A stretch of 64,000 nt of DNA from Candidatus Moraniibacteriota bacterium (GCA_003483065.1 DMWY01000007.1:76962-140961), one strand, 5' to 3'. Counted from the first letter of the stretch, positions 53,132 to 63,273 are shown. Notes: a model not told the origin generated them from the sequence alone. Program-made: numbers and translations.

Positions 53132-53455
53132 TTGTTATGGTATGGCTATTATCAAATTCTGCCAAAGGCTCATAGATATACATTGGGACAAAAGGTGGAT
53201 AGGATTTTTATGGAAATGATAGAAGCTGTATCTGTTGCTAGTTTTTTAAAACCAGAAGAAAAAGTACCGTATATAAAACTGGCTATCAGGAAATTAGATG
53301 TTTTGAAAATATTTCTCAATATTCTTTGGGAAACAAAATCTTTGGATGAAAATAAATACATTCAGCTTTCGGAAAAATTGAATTCCATTGGTAGAGATTT
53401 AGGAGGTTGGAGTGGAAGTATTCTGGCAAAGAAAAACTCTCCCGATAATAAATAG
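53132..53455 (+). CDS. avd: DGR accessory variability determinant (Avd-like four-helix bundle)
   Basis: LPK.HRYTLG..., L.....L, IGR.LGGW; frame is open back to 53048, so the true start may be upstream. Confidence 0.88.
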   Translation: MLWYGYYQILPKAHRYTLGQKVDRIFMEMIEAVSVASFLKPEEKVPYIKLAIRKLDVLKIFLNILWETKSLDENKYIQLSEKLNSIGRDLGGWSGSILAKKNSPDNK

Positions 53456-53472
53456 CGAGAGAGAAATGGAGA

Positions 53473-53604
53473 GATTTGCGCAACCCGCGGAAGGATTGTC
53501 GGCATTCCACTGATTGTCGAGCCAATTGTAGTTCCAGTTCCACTTGCCATCATCGCTCCGGTTGAGATAAAGGATGTTGCGGTTGCCATTCGGATTGCGA
53601 AGAA
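53473..53604 (-). ncRNA. DGR template repeat (TR)
   Basis: AAY-rich copy of the target 3' end: LRNPNGNRNILYLNRSDDGKWNWNYNWLDNQWNADNPSAGCAN. Confidence 0.96.
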
Positions 53605-53964
53605 TTGTATAAAATATCTTCTATGCCACCACTCTTTGAATACTCTCCGAGTTGAATTTTATTCGTGATCTAAAATCACCTAATATTTTACACCAAGTAT
53701 CTTCATTTTTTTGAAGTTGCTACATACATCACACTATCCAAAACCTTGATCTTGGATATTCTGGATTATATGGATACTGGTTTCGAAAGTGAGAAGCCTT
53801 AATCGCTCACATATTTTTCTACTACCAATTTTAGTTTAGCATAAAATAAAAACCTCGCACATTTCTGTACGAGGCTCCGATTAGGCGCAATCGGAAGCGT
53901 TGGCAAAAATTTGCCGACCCAAGGACTAAGGACAAAGTATCCTAAAGTCCAAGGATCAAAGTTC

Positions 53965-54648
53965 TCAGGACTGACTTGCGCAACCCGCGGAAGGAATGTC
54001 GGCATCCCACTGAGAGCCGAGCCAACGGTAGTGCCAGTCCCACAGGCCATCATCGCTCCGGTTGAGATAAAGGATGCGGCGGCCGCCACTCGGATTGCGA
54101 AGAACCTGTCCAGGAAAATCCATGAAATTTATTTTAAAATTGCGGTGGAACCACTCGAGGATACTGTTTTCCTTGTTGGCCTGATAATCCAGCCATAAAC
54201 CAAGAAAAATATTTCCCGCAAAACGGATAAATTCCGGCTTTTCTTCTTTCAGACGGCGGAGTTTTTCCTCGCCCAAAATCGAGTTCTCTCTTTTTCTGAG
54301 ACAAGTCTCAAAAATAAAATTGGCGAGTTCAATTTCTGTGAGCGCCAGCGAGCGAGAATCGATATCTTCCTCGCCTGCAAGCCCGTCGCCATTAACCGGC
54401 CCTTTCCAAGTCGTCCAGCCCTTACCAATAAAACTGGCGGGGTCGAACAACTTAGTTAAGAGAGTTTTGGGATCGCCAACATTGAGATGGAATTTGTTTG
54501 CAATAAATGCAGCAAACATTTTCCCTCTCTGCTCCGCCGGAAGTTCAATAAAAATTTGTACATCCGCATCAATTGATTCCCACGGAGTATCCGTGAGAAG
54601 TGATGCAACTATACTGCGAGACTGACCGGCCGAAATTTTATTCTTCAT
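53965..54648 (-). CDS. DGR target protein with C-terminal VR
   Basis: SD AAGGAG before MKNK; VR encodes the last ~45 aa; no signal peptide seen. Confidence 0.9.
   Translation of the reverse strand: MKNKISAGQSRSIVASLLTDTPWESIDADVQIFIELPAEQRGKMFAAFIANKFHLNVGDPKTLLTKLFDPASFIGKGWTTWKGPVNGDGLAGEEDIDSRSLALTEIELANFIFETCLRKRENSILGEEKLRRLKEEKPEFIRFAGNIFLGLWLDYQANKENSILEWFHRNFKINFMDFPGQVLRNPSGGRRILYLNRSDDGLWDWHYRWLGSQWDADIPSAGCASQS
53973..54104 (-). repeat. DGR variable repeat (VR)
   Basis: 17 mismatches to TR in 132 bp, all at TR adenines (T on the + strand). Confidence 0.96.
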
Positions 54649-54745
54649 AACAATTCTCCTTGTAATTTTGCGCTTGACCATATCTTGCACAATACAAAAT
54701 ACAGCTAGACGCGTTTCATTTCGCCACAGCAGAAAAAAGTCTTCG

Positions 54746-54853
54746 TGTCATTCCTGCGAAAGCAGGAATCTAGTGTAAAAATATTGTAAAATACTTAAGT
54801 CTTTACAATAAACAAAAATTTAAGACTGGATCCCCGCATTCGCGAGGATGACA
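54746..54853. repeat. REP-like palindromic element (TGTCATTCC...GGATGACA)
   Basis: tgtcattcctgcgaaagcaggaatctag ... ctggatccccgcattcgcgaggatgaca. Confidence 0.8.
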
Positions 54854-54994
54854 TAGAAAAAACTCCTTTCTGCCATGGCAAAACACAAATTTCGCCTTTT
54901 TAAGGAACAATTTTCACTAACTATAAATTATACACCCAAAACAGATTTTTGTCCAGTGCTTGTACAAGATTTGGCTTAAATAAGGTAATATATT

Positions 54995-57900
54995 TCATCC
55001 AAACAGCTCTTTCACATCTTCCCAAGTTAGCTTTTTGAAAAGATCCTTGCTTTCCCCTACTAAATTGTCAAACAAAAACTTTTTCTTTTCCTGCAGTTTG
55101 ACAATTTTTTCTTCAATTGTTCCTTTGGTAATCAAACGATATACATTGACTGATTTTTTCTGTCCGATGCGATGCGTTCGGTCAATAGCTTGGTTTTCCA
55201 CGCTCGGATTCCACCACGGATCAAAAATAATCACATTGTCTGCCGAAGTTAAATTGAGTCCTGTTCCTCCTGCTTTAAGACTAATAAGAAAAACTCTTTT
55301 ATTTTCACTGGCGTTAAATTCCTCCACCATCTCTTTTCTATTTTTAGTTTTTCCTGAAAGATACAGGTATTTAATTTTGTCTTTTTCCAAAACTTTTGCG
55401 AGTATATCAAGCATTTGAGTAAATTGACTAAACACCAAAACTTTTCGGCCGGAAGAAACAATTTCTTCAATCAATTCCTGAAAACTTTCTAGCTTAGCCG
55501 ATTCATATTTGGCATAATCCTTGTTTTTCAAAAGCAAGGTCGGGTGATTGCAAACTTGCCTGAGCTTCATTAGTCCCGCCAAAATATGAATCTGCGATTT
55601 TTGAAAACCTTTCTCTGAGACAGTTTTCATTATTTCGCTTTTCACGTTGGCTAAAATCTCCTGATATAAAATATTTTGCGCTTCGGTCAATTCCGAAATC
55701 ACAACTTGCTCAACTTTTGGAGGCAATTCTTTCAAAACTTCGCTTTTTGTCCGCCGGAGCATAAAACATTCCACTTTTTTGCGAAGACACTGCAAAGCCT
55801 TGGCATCATTTTTTTTCATAATCGGTGTCAAAAATCTTTTGGTAAAATGATTATAATTCCCCAAAAACCCCGGCATTAAAAAATCAAAGACCGACCAAAT
55901 TTCTGAAACGCTGTTTTCTAATGGCGTTCCCGTAAGCGCTAGCTTATAATCTGCATCAATTTTTTTGACCGCTCTGGCATTTTGCGTTTTATGATTTTTG
56001 ATAAACTGTGCTTCATCCAAAAAACAATAGTTGAATTTTATCTGTTTCTTTTCATAGATATCGCCGTCTTTTTTAATGGTGGAATAGGAAGTGATAATTA
56101 AATCATAATTTTTTATTTTTCCAATATTTTTGGCTCTTTCTTTAGGTTGCCCTTCAATAATTAGAACTTTGAGATATGGGAAAAATTTTACTGCTTCCTG
56201 CTCCCAGTTAAATAGTAATGTCTTGGGACAAATCACAATAGACGGCTTATCCTTATTCTTATTCATCTCAAGGAGTGTCAGGGCTTGTAAAGTTTTTCCT
56301 AATCCCATATCATCCGCTAAAATCCCAGCAAAGCGATATTTGCGCAGAAAATGAAACCAGTGAATTCCTTCTTTCTGATAATCTCGCAAAGTCCGGTTTA
56401 TCTTACTTGGCAATTTTATCTTCTCGACCGATCGACCGCTTTGCGCTTCACTGATAAATTTTTTGAAACCTTCTGCCACTTGTGCGCTATAATACTCTGA
56501 ATTGGCAAAAATATTTTCCAGTTCTGGCGCGTGATAGGCTCGCCCCTCAAAACTGCCACTGGCTTTTTGATAGAAACTTTCCAACATTAAAATAAATCTT
56601 TCCAATTCTTCCCAATTGGAAATTCTGAGCATTCGCCCATCGTTCATTCGGATAAATTCTTCTTTGTTTTTTAGATAATTTTTCAAATCTTCCAAACTGA
56701 TGCGATCCTTTCCCAAATAGCAATCGACATCAAAAGCCAGCCAATCATTTTCGGCGTTCATATCCACCGAAAAATCCGCCTTGAAATTTTCCTCATAAAA
56801 ATTAAATTCGTCGCGAGTGAATTCAATTGGATAATTCAAGCTTTTGATGTGGGGCCAATGGTTTTTGTGGTAATGCATTATTTTTTTGGCATTTTCCCGC
56901 ACGCATTTCAAATTTTTACTAAAGCCATATTTTTCATCATAATAAAATTTAGAAAATAAGTGCTGTTCTTCTTTTCGGCATATGTCCGCATAACAAATCT
57001 CTTGTTCATTGATTTTTATGTGATATTTCCCGCGATTTTTCAACTCATTTTTTTGAAAACTAAGAGTTCCGCCTTTCATACTCTTAGTCACAGTCTGCCC
57101 GACATCAATTTTGGAAAAACCATAGTCCACTATTGCTCGCACGCGCAAATTGTTATTTTGACTATCATATTCTACTGAAATTGCCGGTCCGATTTTTTTG
57201 AATTTTTTGACTGAAAAATTTTGTGCTAAACTAGTTTTTAAAACAAAATATTTTCTCGCTCCTTCCAGTATTTCATTTATTTTAATTATCTCTTCGTCGC
57301 GAAATTCCGTTTCCCAAAAATATTTCTCCTGACTTTCAAATTGATAATTATGGTAATACTCATAATACCTGTGTCCGTTTTCCAAAATTCTCGCCACAAT
57401 CCTTGCCAATATCGGTGAGATTGGATGAATTTCTATCTGATTATTTCGAATCAAAATCAAATGTTCATTACCACAAAAATAATAACTCTTATCTTTTTGC
57501 CAAAACTCGCCATCGAGCCTGAAAACAAAATCTGTTTGCGTTGAAAATTCCGAATGGTTATGATAATTTTCTGTTTCTTTGAAAAAAATCTCAGCCGTTA
57601 TCCTCTCCGAATTTTCCGGAAAATATAATTCGGTCTTTATTGATCTGTGATTGAGAGAAATTGAAAATCCGGATAGCTTTATCAGTTGAAAAATTTTCTC
57701 CCAATCAATTTCTCTTGTTTCAAAAAAATTTTCGGAACACAAGATTTCCAAAAGCTCTTTTTGAGCCAAAGTCAGATTCTTCTTTTCTTCTTGCAAGATA
57801 TTTTTCGGCTGATTTTGCCAATAAAAAAATCTGTCATTATTATTTTTTGCGATATCTATCCTCGCGTTATAATTAACATCCAAAATCAGATGATATTTTT

Positions 57901-58576
57901 TAGAAATATCTTTTGGCAAATTTTCTTTTTTCAATTCATTTTTCTTTTCTGATTTTGAAATTAATTTATCTCCTAATTCTTCCAAAACTTGCTGAGATAA
58001 TCCATTCGCATCAATGCCAATCATTTGCAATAGTTTTTTCAATTGGGCTTCTTTTTTTTCTTGGCTTTTTTCAAAATGATCAACAATATCATTCTTATCA
58101 ACAATATCAATTATTTCCGCTTCTTGATAATTTTCCGGTTTCACATCGGTATAGTCATAAACGAGATCATTTTCATTGTTATTTTTAGAAATTTTAGCAA
58201 AACTAATCAGCAATTTTTTAATCTCCTCAAAATTCAAAAATTCATCTTCCATTTCATATGTTTCTTCCCAGAGATCAATAAATTTCAATCCCAAAGCTAC
58301 ACTGTGCTTACATTCTCCCCAATCATAAGGACATGTGCAATTAGGCGTGCTAAATTTATTAGTCAAAAAATTAAAGACTATGCTAGTTGCATAGATGTCC
58401 GTTCCGTTCACATTAGCCTCAATCTTGATTTTTTCTTTGGAACGATGATCTAAAATCTTCAGTTTTCCTACTAATCCTTGTTCAAAATATACTTTTCCCC
58501 GCCCAAAGATAGTGTCCCCGTGAATGGATTTTAATTGATCAATTAGGTTATTTCTGTCAAAAGTAATTTTAATCAT
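54995..58576 (-). CDS. SNF2-family helicase with N-terminal SWIM zinc finger
   Basis: CTCP...CKH; LRDYQ, LADDMGLGKT, DEAQ, LTGTP.EN, FSQF, QA.DR.HRIGQ. Confidence 0.97.
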   Translation of the reverse strand: MIKITFDRNNLIDQLKSIHGDTIFGRGKVYFEQGLVGKLKILDHRSKEKIKIEANVNGTDIYATSIVFNFLTNKFSTPNCTCPYDWGECKHSVALGLKFIDLWEETYEMEDEFLNFEEIKKLLISFAKISKNNNENDLVYDYTDVKPENYQEAEIIDIVDKNDIVDHFEKSQEKKEAQLKKLLQMIGIDANGLSQQVLEELGDKLISKSEKKNELKKENLPKDISKKYHLILDVNYNARIDIAKNNNDRFFYWQNQPKNILQEEKKNLTLAQKELLEILCSENFFETREIDWEKIFQLIKLSGFSISLNHRSIKTELYFPENSERITAEIFFKETENYHNHSEFSTQTDFVFRLDGEFWQKDKSYYFCGNEHLILIRNNQIEIHPISPILARIVARILENGHRYYEYYHNYQFESQEKYFWETEFRDEEIIKINEILEGARKYFVLKTSLAQNFSVKKFKKIGPAISVEYDSQNNNLRVRAIVDYGFSKIDVGQTVTKSMKGGTLSFQKNELKNRGKYHIKINEQEICYADICRKEEQHLFSKFYYDEKYGFSKNLKCVRENAKKIMHYHKNHWPHIKSLNYPIEFTRDEFNFYEENFKADFSVDMNAENDWLAFDVDCYLGKDRISLEDLKNYLKNKEEFIRMNDGRMLRISNWEELERFILMLESFYQKASGSFEGRAYHAPELENIFANSEYYSAQVAEGFKKFISEAQSGRSVEKIKLPSKINRTLRDYQKEGIHWFHFLRKYRFAGILADDMGLGKTLQALTLLEMNKNKDKPSIVICPKTLLFNWEQEAVKFFPYLKVLIIEGQPKERAKNIGKIKNYDLIITSYSTIKKDGDIYEKKQIKFNYCFLDEAQFIKNHKTQNARAVKKIDADYKLALTGTPLENSVSEIWSVFDFLMPGFLGNYNHFTKRFLTPIMKKNDAKALQCLRKKVECFMLRRTKSEVLKELPPKVEQVVISELTEAQNILYQEILANVKSEIMKTVSEKGFQKSQIHILAGLMKLRQVCNHPTLLLKNKDYAKYESAKLESFQELIEEIVSSGRKVLVFSQFTQMLDILAKVLEKDKIKYLYLSGKTKNRKEMVEEFNASENKRVFLISLKAGGTGLNLTSADNVIIFDPWWNPSVENQAIDRTHRIGQKKSVNVYRLITKGTIEEKIVKLQEKKKFLFDNLVGESKDLFKKLTWEDVKELFG

Positions 58577-58654
58577 AATAAAAATCTTCCCTGCATGATA
58601 GCAGTTTTTTGATGAATAATCAAGCTGTAGGGGCTACTGGAATCATTTTCAATC

Positions 58655-59959
58655 TCATTTTTCCAATAACCATTTCCAAATCGGCTTCACAATTATGGTT
58701 CTGTTTTGCAAAATTATTTCCTCATCATCGTCACTAGTCAAAATAAGCCCGCTTGATAATTTATACTTTTCCATTGCCTCAAGTAGCCCACCTATTTCTC
58801 GCTCGCGGTTATTTGCATCCAAATGATCAGTCACTTGGATTAGACTTTCAATTTTTCGCTTTGACACAGCCACAAAATCACACTCCTTTTTATCGCTAAA
58901 ATAAAAAATTTCTTTCCCTCTATTTTTCAACTCTATAAAAACTATGTTTTCCAATATTCTGCCAACATTTAACGAATGCGTAACTGCCACTTCTTGATAC
59001 AGCCCTGCATCTATTAGATACAACTTATCCGGATTATATATTTGTTTTTTTATGGAGAAACTGTGCTTGGGCACAGAAAAAAATAAGTAAGCATCTATTA
59101 AATATGAAATATAATTTTTGACAGTCATTAGGCTCTTAATTTCTGTCATTTTGGCAATATTTTCATAGCTTAGTATCACGCCGATATTAGAAGAAACAAA
59201 TGAAACTATCTCGCGCAAATTTATTTCACTCTTAATTTTTTTCCTCAGCATAATATCACGATACACAATGTTTTTCAGATATTCCTGAAGTAGCGGACGA
59301 AATTGATTGATTACTATTTCCGGAAAACCGCCGTTTTTAAAGTATTGATTGAATACTTTTTTTATTTCCTTTTTCTTATCCGAATCATAAAAATCATTTT
59401 CCCCTGTTTCTCCCAATTTATACTTCACTAATTCCCCGAATGACAACGGGAAAAGATTAATTGGATAATTTCTTCCTGTAAGTGCAGTACCGATTTCTTT
59501 TGACAGAAGTCGAGCATTTGAACCTGTGATATAAATCTTATACCTTTTATCTTCCAGTAAGCGGTTGATGAATTTTTCCCATCGAGAAATATTTTGTATC
59601 TCATCAAAAAATAGATAGACCTTATTTTTTTTATCAACATCTACCACTTCATAAAAACATTCAAGTAAAATAGAAAGATCAGTTGCGGAGAAATTCAGAA
59701 GTTTTTCATCTTCAAAATTAAAATACAAGAAATTTTCTTCGCTTGTCTTTTTTTTCTCTTTGATTTTTTTCCAAATTAACCGCATCAAAAAAGACTTGCC
59801 AGATCGTCTGACGCCAGTTATCACTACCGCCTCTTTCAGGGCATCGATTTTATCAAACAAGATATTTTGAATAACTTCCCTTTCAATGGGATTCTCAATA
59901 TTCAAAAAAATCTTGCGTTGCGATAAAATTAATTCTTTTAATAAGCTCTTATTTATCAT
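58655..59959 (-). CDS. AAA+ ATPase (AAA_14 / DUF4143 type)
   Basis: GVRRSGKS, FDEIQ, ITGS, LTGR, GGFPE, K.Y..D.G, EN.VF, E.DF. Confidence 0.92.
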   Translation of the reverse strand: MINKSLLKELILSQRKIFLNIENPIEREVIQNILFDKIDALKEAVVITGVRRSGKSFLMRLIWKKIKEKKKTSEENFLYFNFEDEKLLNFSATDLSILLECFYEVVDVDKKNKVYLFFDEIQNISRWEKFINRLLEDKRYKIYITGSNARLLSKEIGTALTGRNYPINLFPLSFGELVKYKLGETGENDFYDSDKKKEIKKVFNQYFKNGGFPEIVINQFRPLLQEYLKNIVYRDIMLRKKIKSEINLREIVSFVSSNIGVILSYENIAKMTEIKSLMTVKNYISYLIDAYLFFSVPKHSFSIKKQIYNPDKLYLIDAGLYQEVAVTHSLNVGRILENIVFIELKNRGKEIFYFSDKKECDFVAVSKRKIESLIQVTDHLDANNREREIGGLLEAMEKYKLSSGLILTSDDDEEIILQNRTIIVKPIWKWLLEK

Positions 59960-60064
59960 ATAGTTTACAATATTATATTTACAGTGTAATATTATACCAA
60001 TAACATTACATTGTCAATGTAATATGCTGGTATATTGTAGTTTTTGGCTTAAATAAAAGATTTT

Positions 60065-61150
60065 CTAAACTTTTATTCTTCGTAAATACACACTTTCAAC
60101 CAAGCCAATAGCGGAAAGCATAATTACCATCGAACTGCCACCATAACTCAAAAATGACAAAGGCACTCCCGCAACGGGCATAACGCCGATGTTCATGCCG
60201 ACATTTATGAGAAATTGAAAAAATAAAATCGATAGGATTCCCAAAGTTAACAGATAGCCAAAATTATCCCGTGCGAGTCTTGCAGTTTCTTTTATCCGCC
60301 AAAAAATAATTCCAAAAAGCACAAAAATTGCCATTGCACCGACCAAGCCCAATTCTTCAGTAATCACAGAAAAAATAAAATCAGTGTGTTTTTCTGGCAA
60401 AAAATTCAATTGCGATTGTGAACCGTGACCCATCCCTTTGCCAAATATTCCACCCGAACCAACTGCAATAGTGGCTTGAATCACGTTGTATCCACTACCC
60501 ATTGGATCGTTTTGAGGTTTGACGAAATTTATTATCCGATCTTTTTGGTAATCCTTGAGAAAAAACCAACTCGATGAAGTGGTCAAGATTCCAAAAATTA
60601 GAAGCAGGGCTAAGTTTTTTTTATTGAGCCCTGAAGCCAAAAGAAGCGTCATCCAGCTAGCTAGTATTATTGTTGCGGATCCTAAGTCGGGTTGTTTCAT
60701 AATTAGAAAAATCGGGATGAAGATAAGGATGATAGAAGAAATTATTCGTACAAAAATACTTAGTTGCGTCTTTTTTTTGCTCAAAAAACTAGCCAAAAAA
60801 ATAACCATGATGATTTTGGCAAGTTCCACTGGCTGAAAGTTGAAGAAAAAAAACTCCAACCAACCCGTGTTACCCTTGACTGTTTTTCCAAATAAAATAA
60901 CCATCGTTAAAATGATGAGCATCAGAAAATATAACTTGGTGCTATGTGAATTTAACAGCCGATAATCAAAAAAAGACAAAAAAAACATCGCGCTGATACC
61001 GATGATAATAGAAATTATTTGTTTTTGAAAATTTGCCGGATTAAAGGTTGCCCCAGAAAAAGAAACGCTGTAGATTATTAGCAAACTAATAATGAGGAGC
61101 AGGCTTATTGAAATTATCAAAACCCAATCCAACTTGAAAAGTTTATTCAT
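60065..61150 (-). CDS. rodA: Rod shape-determining protein RodA (SEDS family)
   Basis: QP.ELAK, QPDLG, GYNV.Q..IAVGSGG, FLPEKHTDFIF, EE.G, SYGGS. Confidence 0.95.
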   Translation of the reverse strand: MNKLFKLDWVLIISISLLLIISLLIIYSVSFSGATFNPANFQKQIISIIIGISAMFFLSFFDYRLLNSHSTKLYFLMLIILTMVILFGKTVKGNTGWLEFFFFNFQPVELAKIIMVIFLASFLSKKKTQLSIFVRIISSIILIFIPIFLIMKQPDLGSATIILASWMTLLLASGLNKKNLALLLIFGILTTSSSWFFLKDYQKDRIINFVKPQNDPMGSGYNVIQATIAVGSGGIFGKGMGHGSQSQLNFLPEKHTDFIFSVITEELGLVGAMAIFVLFGIIFWRIKETARLARDNFGYLLTLGILSILFFQFLINVGMNIGVMPVAGVPLSFLSYGGSSMVIMLSAIGLVESVYLRRIKV

Positions 61151-61151
61151 A

Positions 61152-61958
61152 CTAGTATGTTCGCTTAATGAAAGCTTCCGAATTGAAAATATTTACCTCA
61201 GCTTGAGCTTCCATCGTGCTCACTGTACCCGGAAAACTGCTTGGCCAAAAAGTTTTGAAATCACGATCCTCCCCTGCCTTAACTGTCCCCATTTGAGTGG
61301 AATTAAGTGCAAGAATGTTATCCGTAGAATCTTTTAATATTATCTGTATTTTTATACTATCAAAGTCATATGGACTACGATTTCTGAGCAACCCTTGCGC
61401 ATTAGCAAAGCCTGTTCCGCCAGAAATTTCACTGTAGTTTTTGTTGATAATTTGAATATCCGGTCTTTCATAATAATCTTCGAATCTTATCCAATTAGAA
61501 CTAAGTATCTTAAATTCTTGTGAAAAAGGAACGCTTGGCGCATCGATATTAGTTTCCACGATATATTTTTCTTCACCTGGCAAAATAAAACTGAAACCTT
61601 TTTTGGTTGCGATAATGCTACCTACCTCATCTTTCAAATTTATTTCATAAGCAAAATTTTTATCACCAAAAACTGCATTAGGATTAGTCACTTTTGCATA
61701 GAAATCATACTTGTCAGAAAGGCCAGAAAAAACTACGCCAATTTTTCCAATTGTCAAATCTTTCGCCACTATTACATTACATTCTTTTTGGCAAACTCCC
61801 CCACAATCAACGCCCCGCTCATTTTGATTCTGTCTTCCGTCTGTGCAAGTTTCTTCTGGTTTAAACGCAAAATAAAGACCGAGAATAATCAGGATAAAAA
61901 AAGTTAAGTAGACAGAAATTATAATATATTTTTTACGCTCAGTATTTTCTAGTTCCAT
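61152..61958 (-). CDS. Membrane-anchored hypothetical protein
   Basis: TM helix, CTDG.QN..E.GVDCGG.C motif, Ig-like domains. Confidence 0.75.
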   Translation of the reverse strand: MELENTERKKYIIISVYLTFFILIILGLYFAFKPEETCTDGRQNQNERGVDCGGVCQKECNVIVAKDLTIGKIGVVFSGLSDKYDFYAKVTNPNAVFGDKNFAYEINLKDEVGSIIATKKGFSFILPGEEKYIVETNIDAPSVPFSQEFKILSSNWIRFEDYYERPDIQIINKNYSEISGGTGFANAQGLLRNRSPYDFDSIKIQIILKDSTDNILALNSTQMGTVKAGEDRDFKTFWPSSFPGTVSTMEAQAEVNIFNSEAFIKRTY

Positions 61959-62087
61959 AAAAATATTCTAACATAAATTTACGAACTACGAAATAGCCGA
62001 AATACGAAACGCTCATACCACCTCTTTTGCGTATTTTCGTATTTAGTCTTAATTTCGTATTTCGTAAGGGACAAAAAAAGAGCATTA

Positions 62088-62197
62088 TTCTGGCGGCGGC
62101 CTACTCTCCCTCGTAAGAGGTACCATCGGCGCTGAAGTGCTTAACTGCTGAGTTCGGAATGGGATCAGGTGTAGCCACTTCGCTAGAGCCACCAAAA
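62088..62197 (-). rRNA. rrf: 5S rRNA
   Basis: CCCAUUCCGAACUC and GAUGGUAC...GAGAGUAGG motifs; shortened helix IV. Confidence 0.95.
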
Positions 62198-62806
62198 TAA
62201 TGCTCTCTTATATATTCTTTCAAAAAGCATTAATTACTGGAGAAAAAAACATGAAAAATACTACGGTCGTCATTATGAGAGTAAAAATTGTAAAAATAAA
62301 CTTCAAACTTTCCTTATATTTTTTCATACAAAATGCTAATTTAGTAATTTCTAACTGCTAATCAAATCACATAACACGCAGCACGCAACACGAATCAAAT
62401 CCGAAGAATTGTTTCATGTTTTGTGTTTCATGTTACATGATAATCAAAATCAAGAGAGATAAAGTTCAATTTATTAGTATCTCTTGGCTTAACAGATCGC
62501 TCTGCTTTCACCTGAGACCTATCAACCTGGTCATCTTCCAGGAAATCGCCCCGACTTGCGTCGGGGATTGCCTAATCTTGAGGTGGGCTTCCCGCTTATA
62601 TGCTTTCAGCGGTTATCCCGTCCAAACGTAGCTACCCAGCAGTGCTCCTGGCGGAACAGCTGGTACACCAGAGGTTTGTTCTTTCCGGTCCTCTCGTACT
62701 AGGAAAAAGTCCTCTCAAGCAATAACGCCTACAGCAGATAGGAGACCAACCTGTCTCACGACGGTTTGAACCCAGCTCACGTACCGCTTTAATTGGCGAA
62801 CAGCCA

Positions 62807-62866
<60 letters not shown>

Positions 62867-62892
62867 CATCGTCGATATGGACTCTTGGATGG

Positions 62893-62925
<33 letters not shown>

Positions 62926-63086
62926 TGATGATCTTCTGCGCATCTATTTGCGACAGTCGGTTCACTAAATTCTACTTTCGTAACTGATCGACTAATAAGT
63001 CTCGCAGTAAAGCTGGCTTATGCTTTTGCACTATCGACTCGATTTCCATCCGAGTCTAGCCAACCTTTGTAAACGCCTCCGTTGCC

Positions 63087-63122
<36 letters not shown>

Positions 63123-63141
63123 AGGCACTGTCCCCGGACTG

Positions 63142-63273
63142 GTATGAATAACCAAAACGACTTACAAATTTATGAACCGTAAATACGATAATTACAACTT
63201 CGTCTAATCTAATCCTCTTTTAAATAATATCCTATTTAACGGCTCAAAATCATAAGTCTTTTGTGACTCATAA
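63142..63273 (-). other. ~130-nt hairpin insertion in 23S helix 79
   Basis: Extra sequence relative to canonical H79; self-complementary (gactta/taagtc, ccgtaaata/tatttaacgg). Confidence 0.8.

Larger units (their letters stand above)
51976..54648 (-). mobile_element. Diversity-generating retroelement (RT, Avd, TR, VR-bearing target)
   Basis: RT, Avd-like gene and 132-bp TR/VR pair with adenine-specific mismatches. Confidence 0.97.

Noticed and set aside
53362-54089. Similar short ORFs 53362..53589 and 53799..54089 resembling a gene duplication
   Set aside because: Alternative-frame translations of TR and VR
54690-54900. c-di-GMP-I riboswitch upstream of the DGR target
   Set aside because: Only a loose GGCGAAA...ACGC resemblance; the second stem consensus is missing
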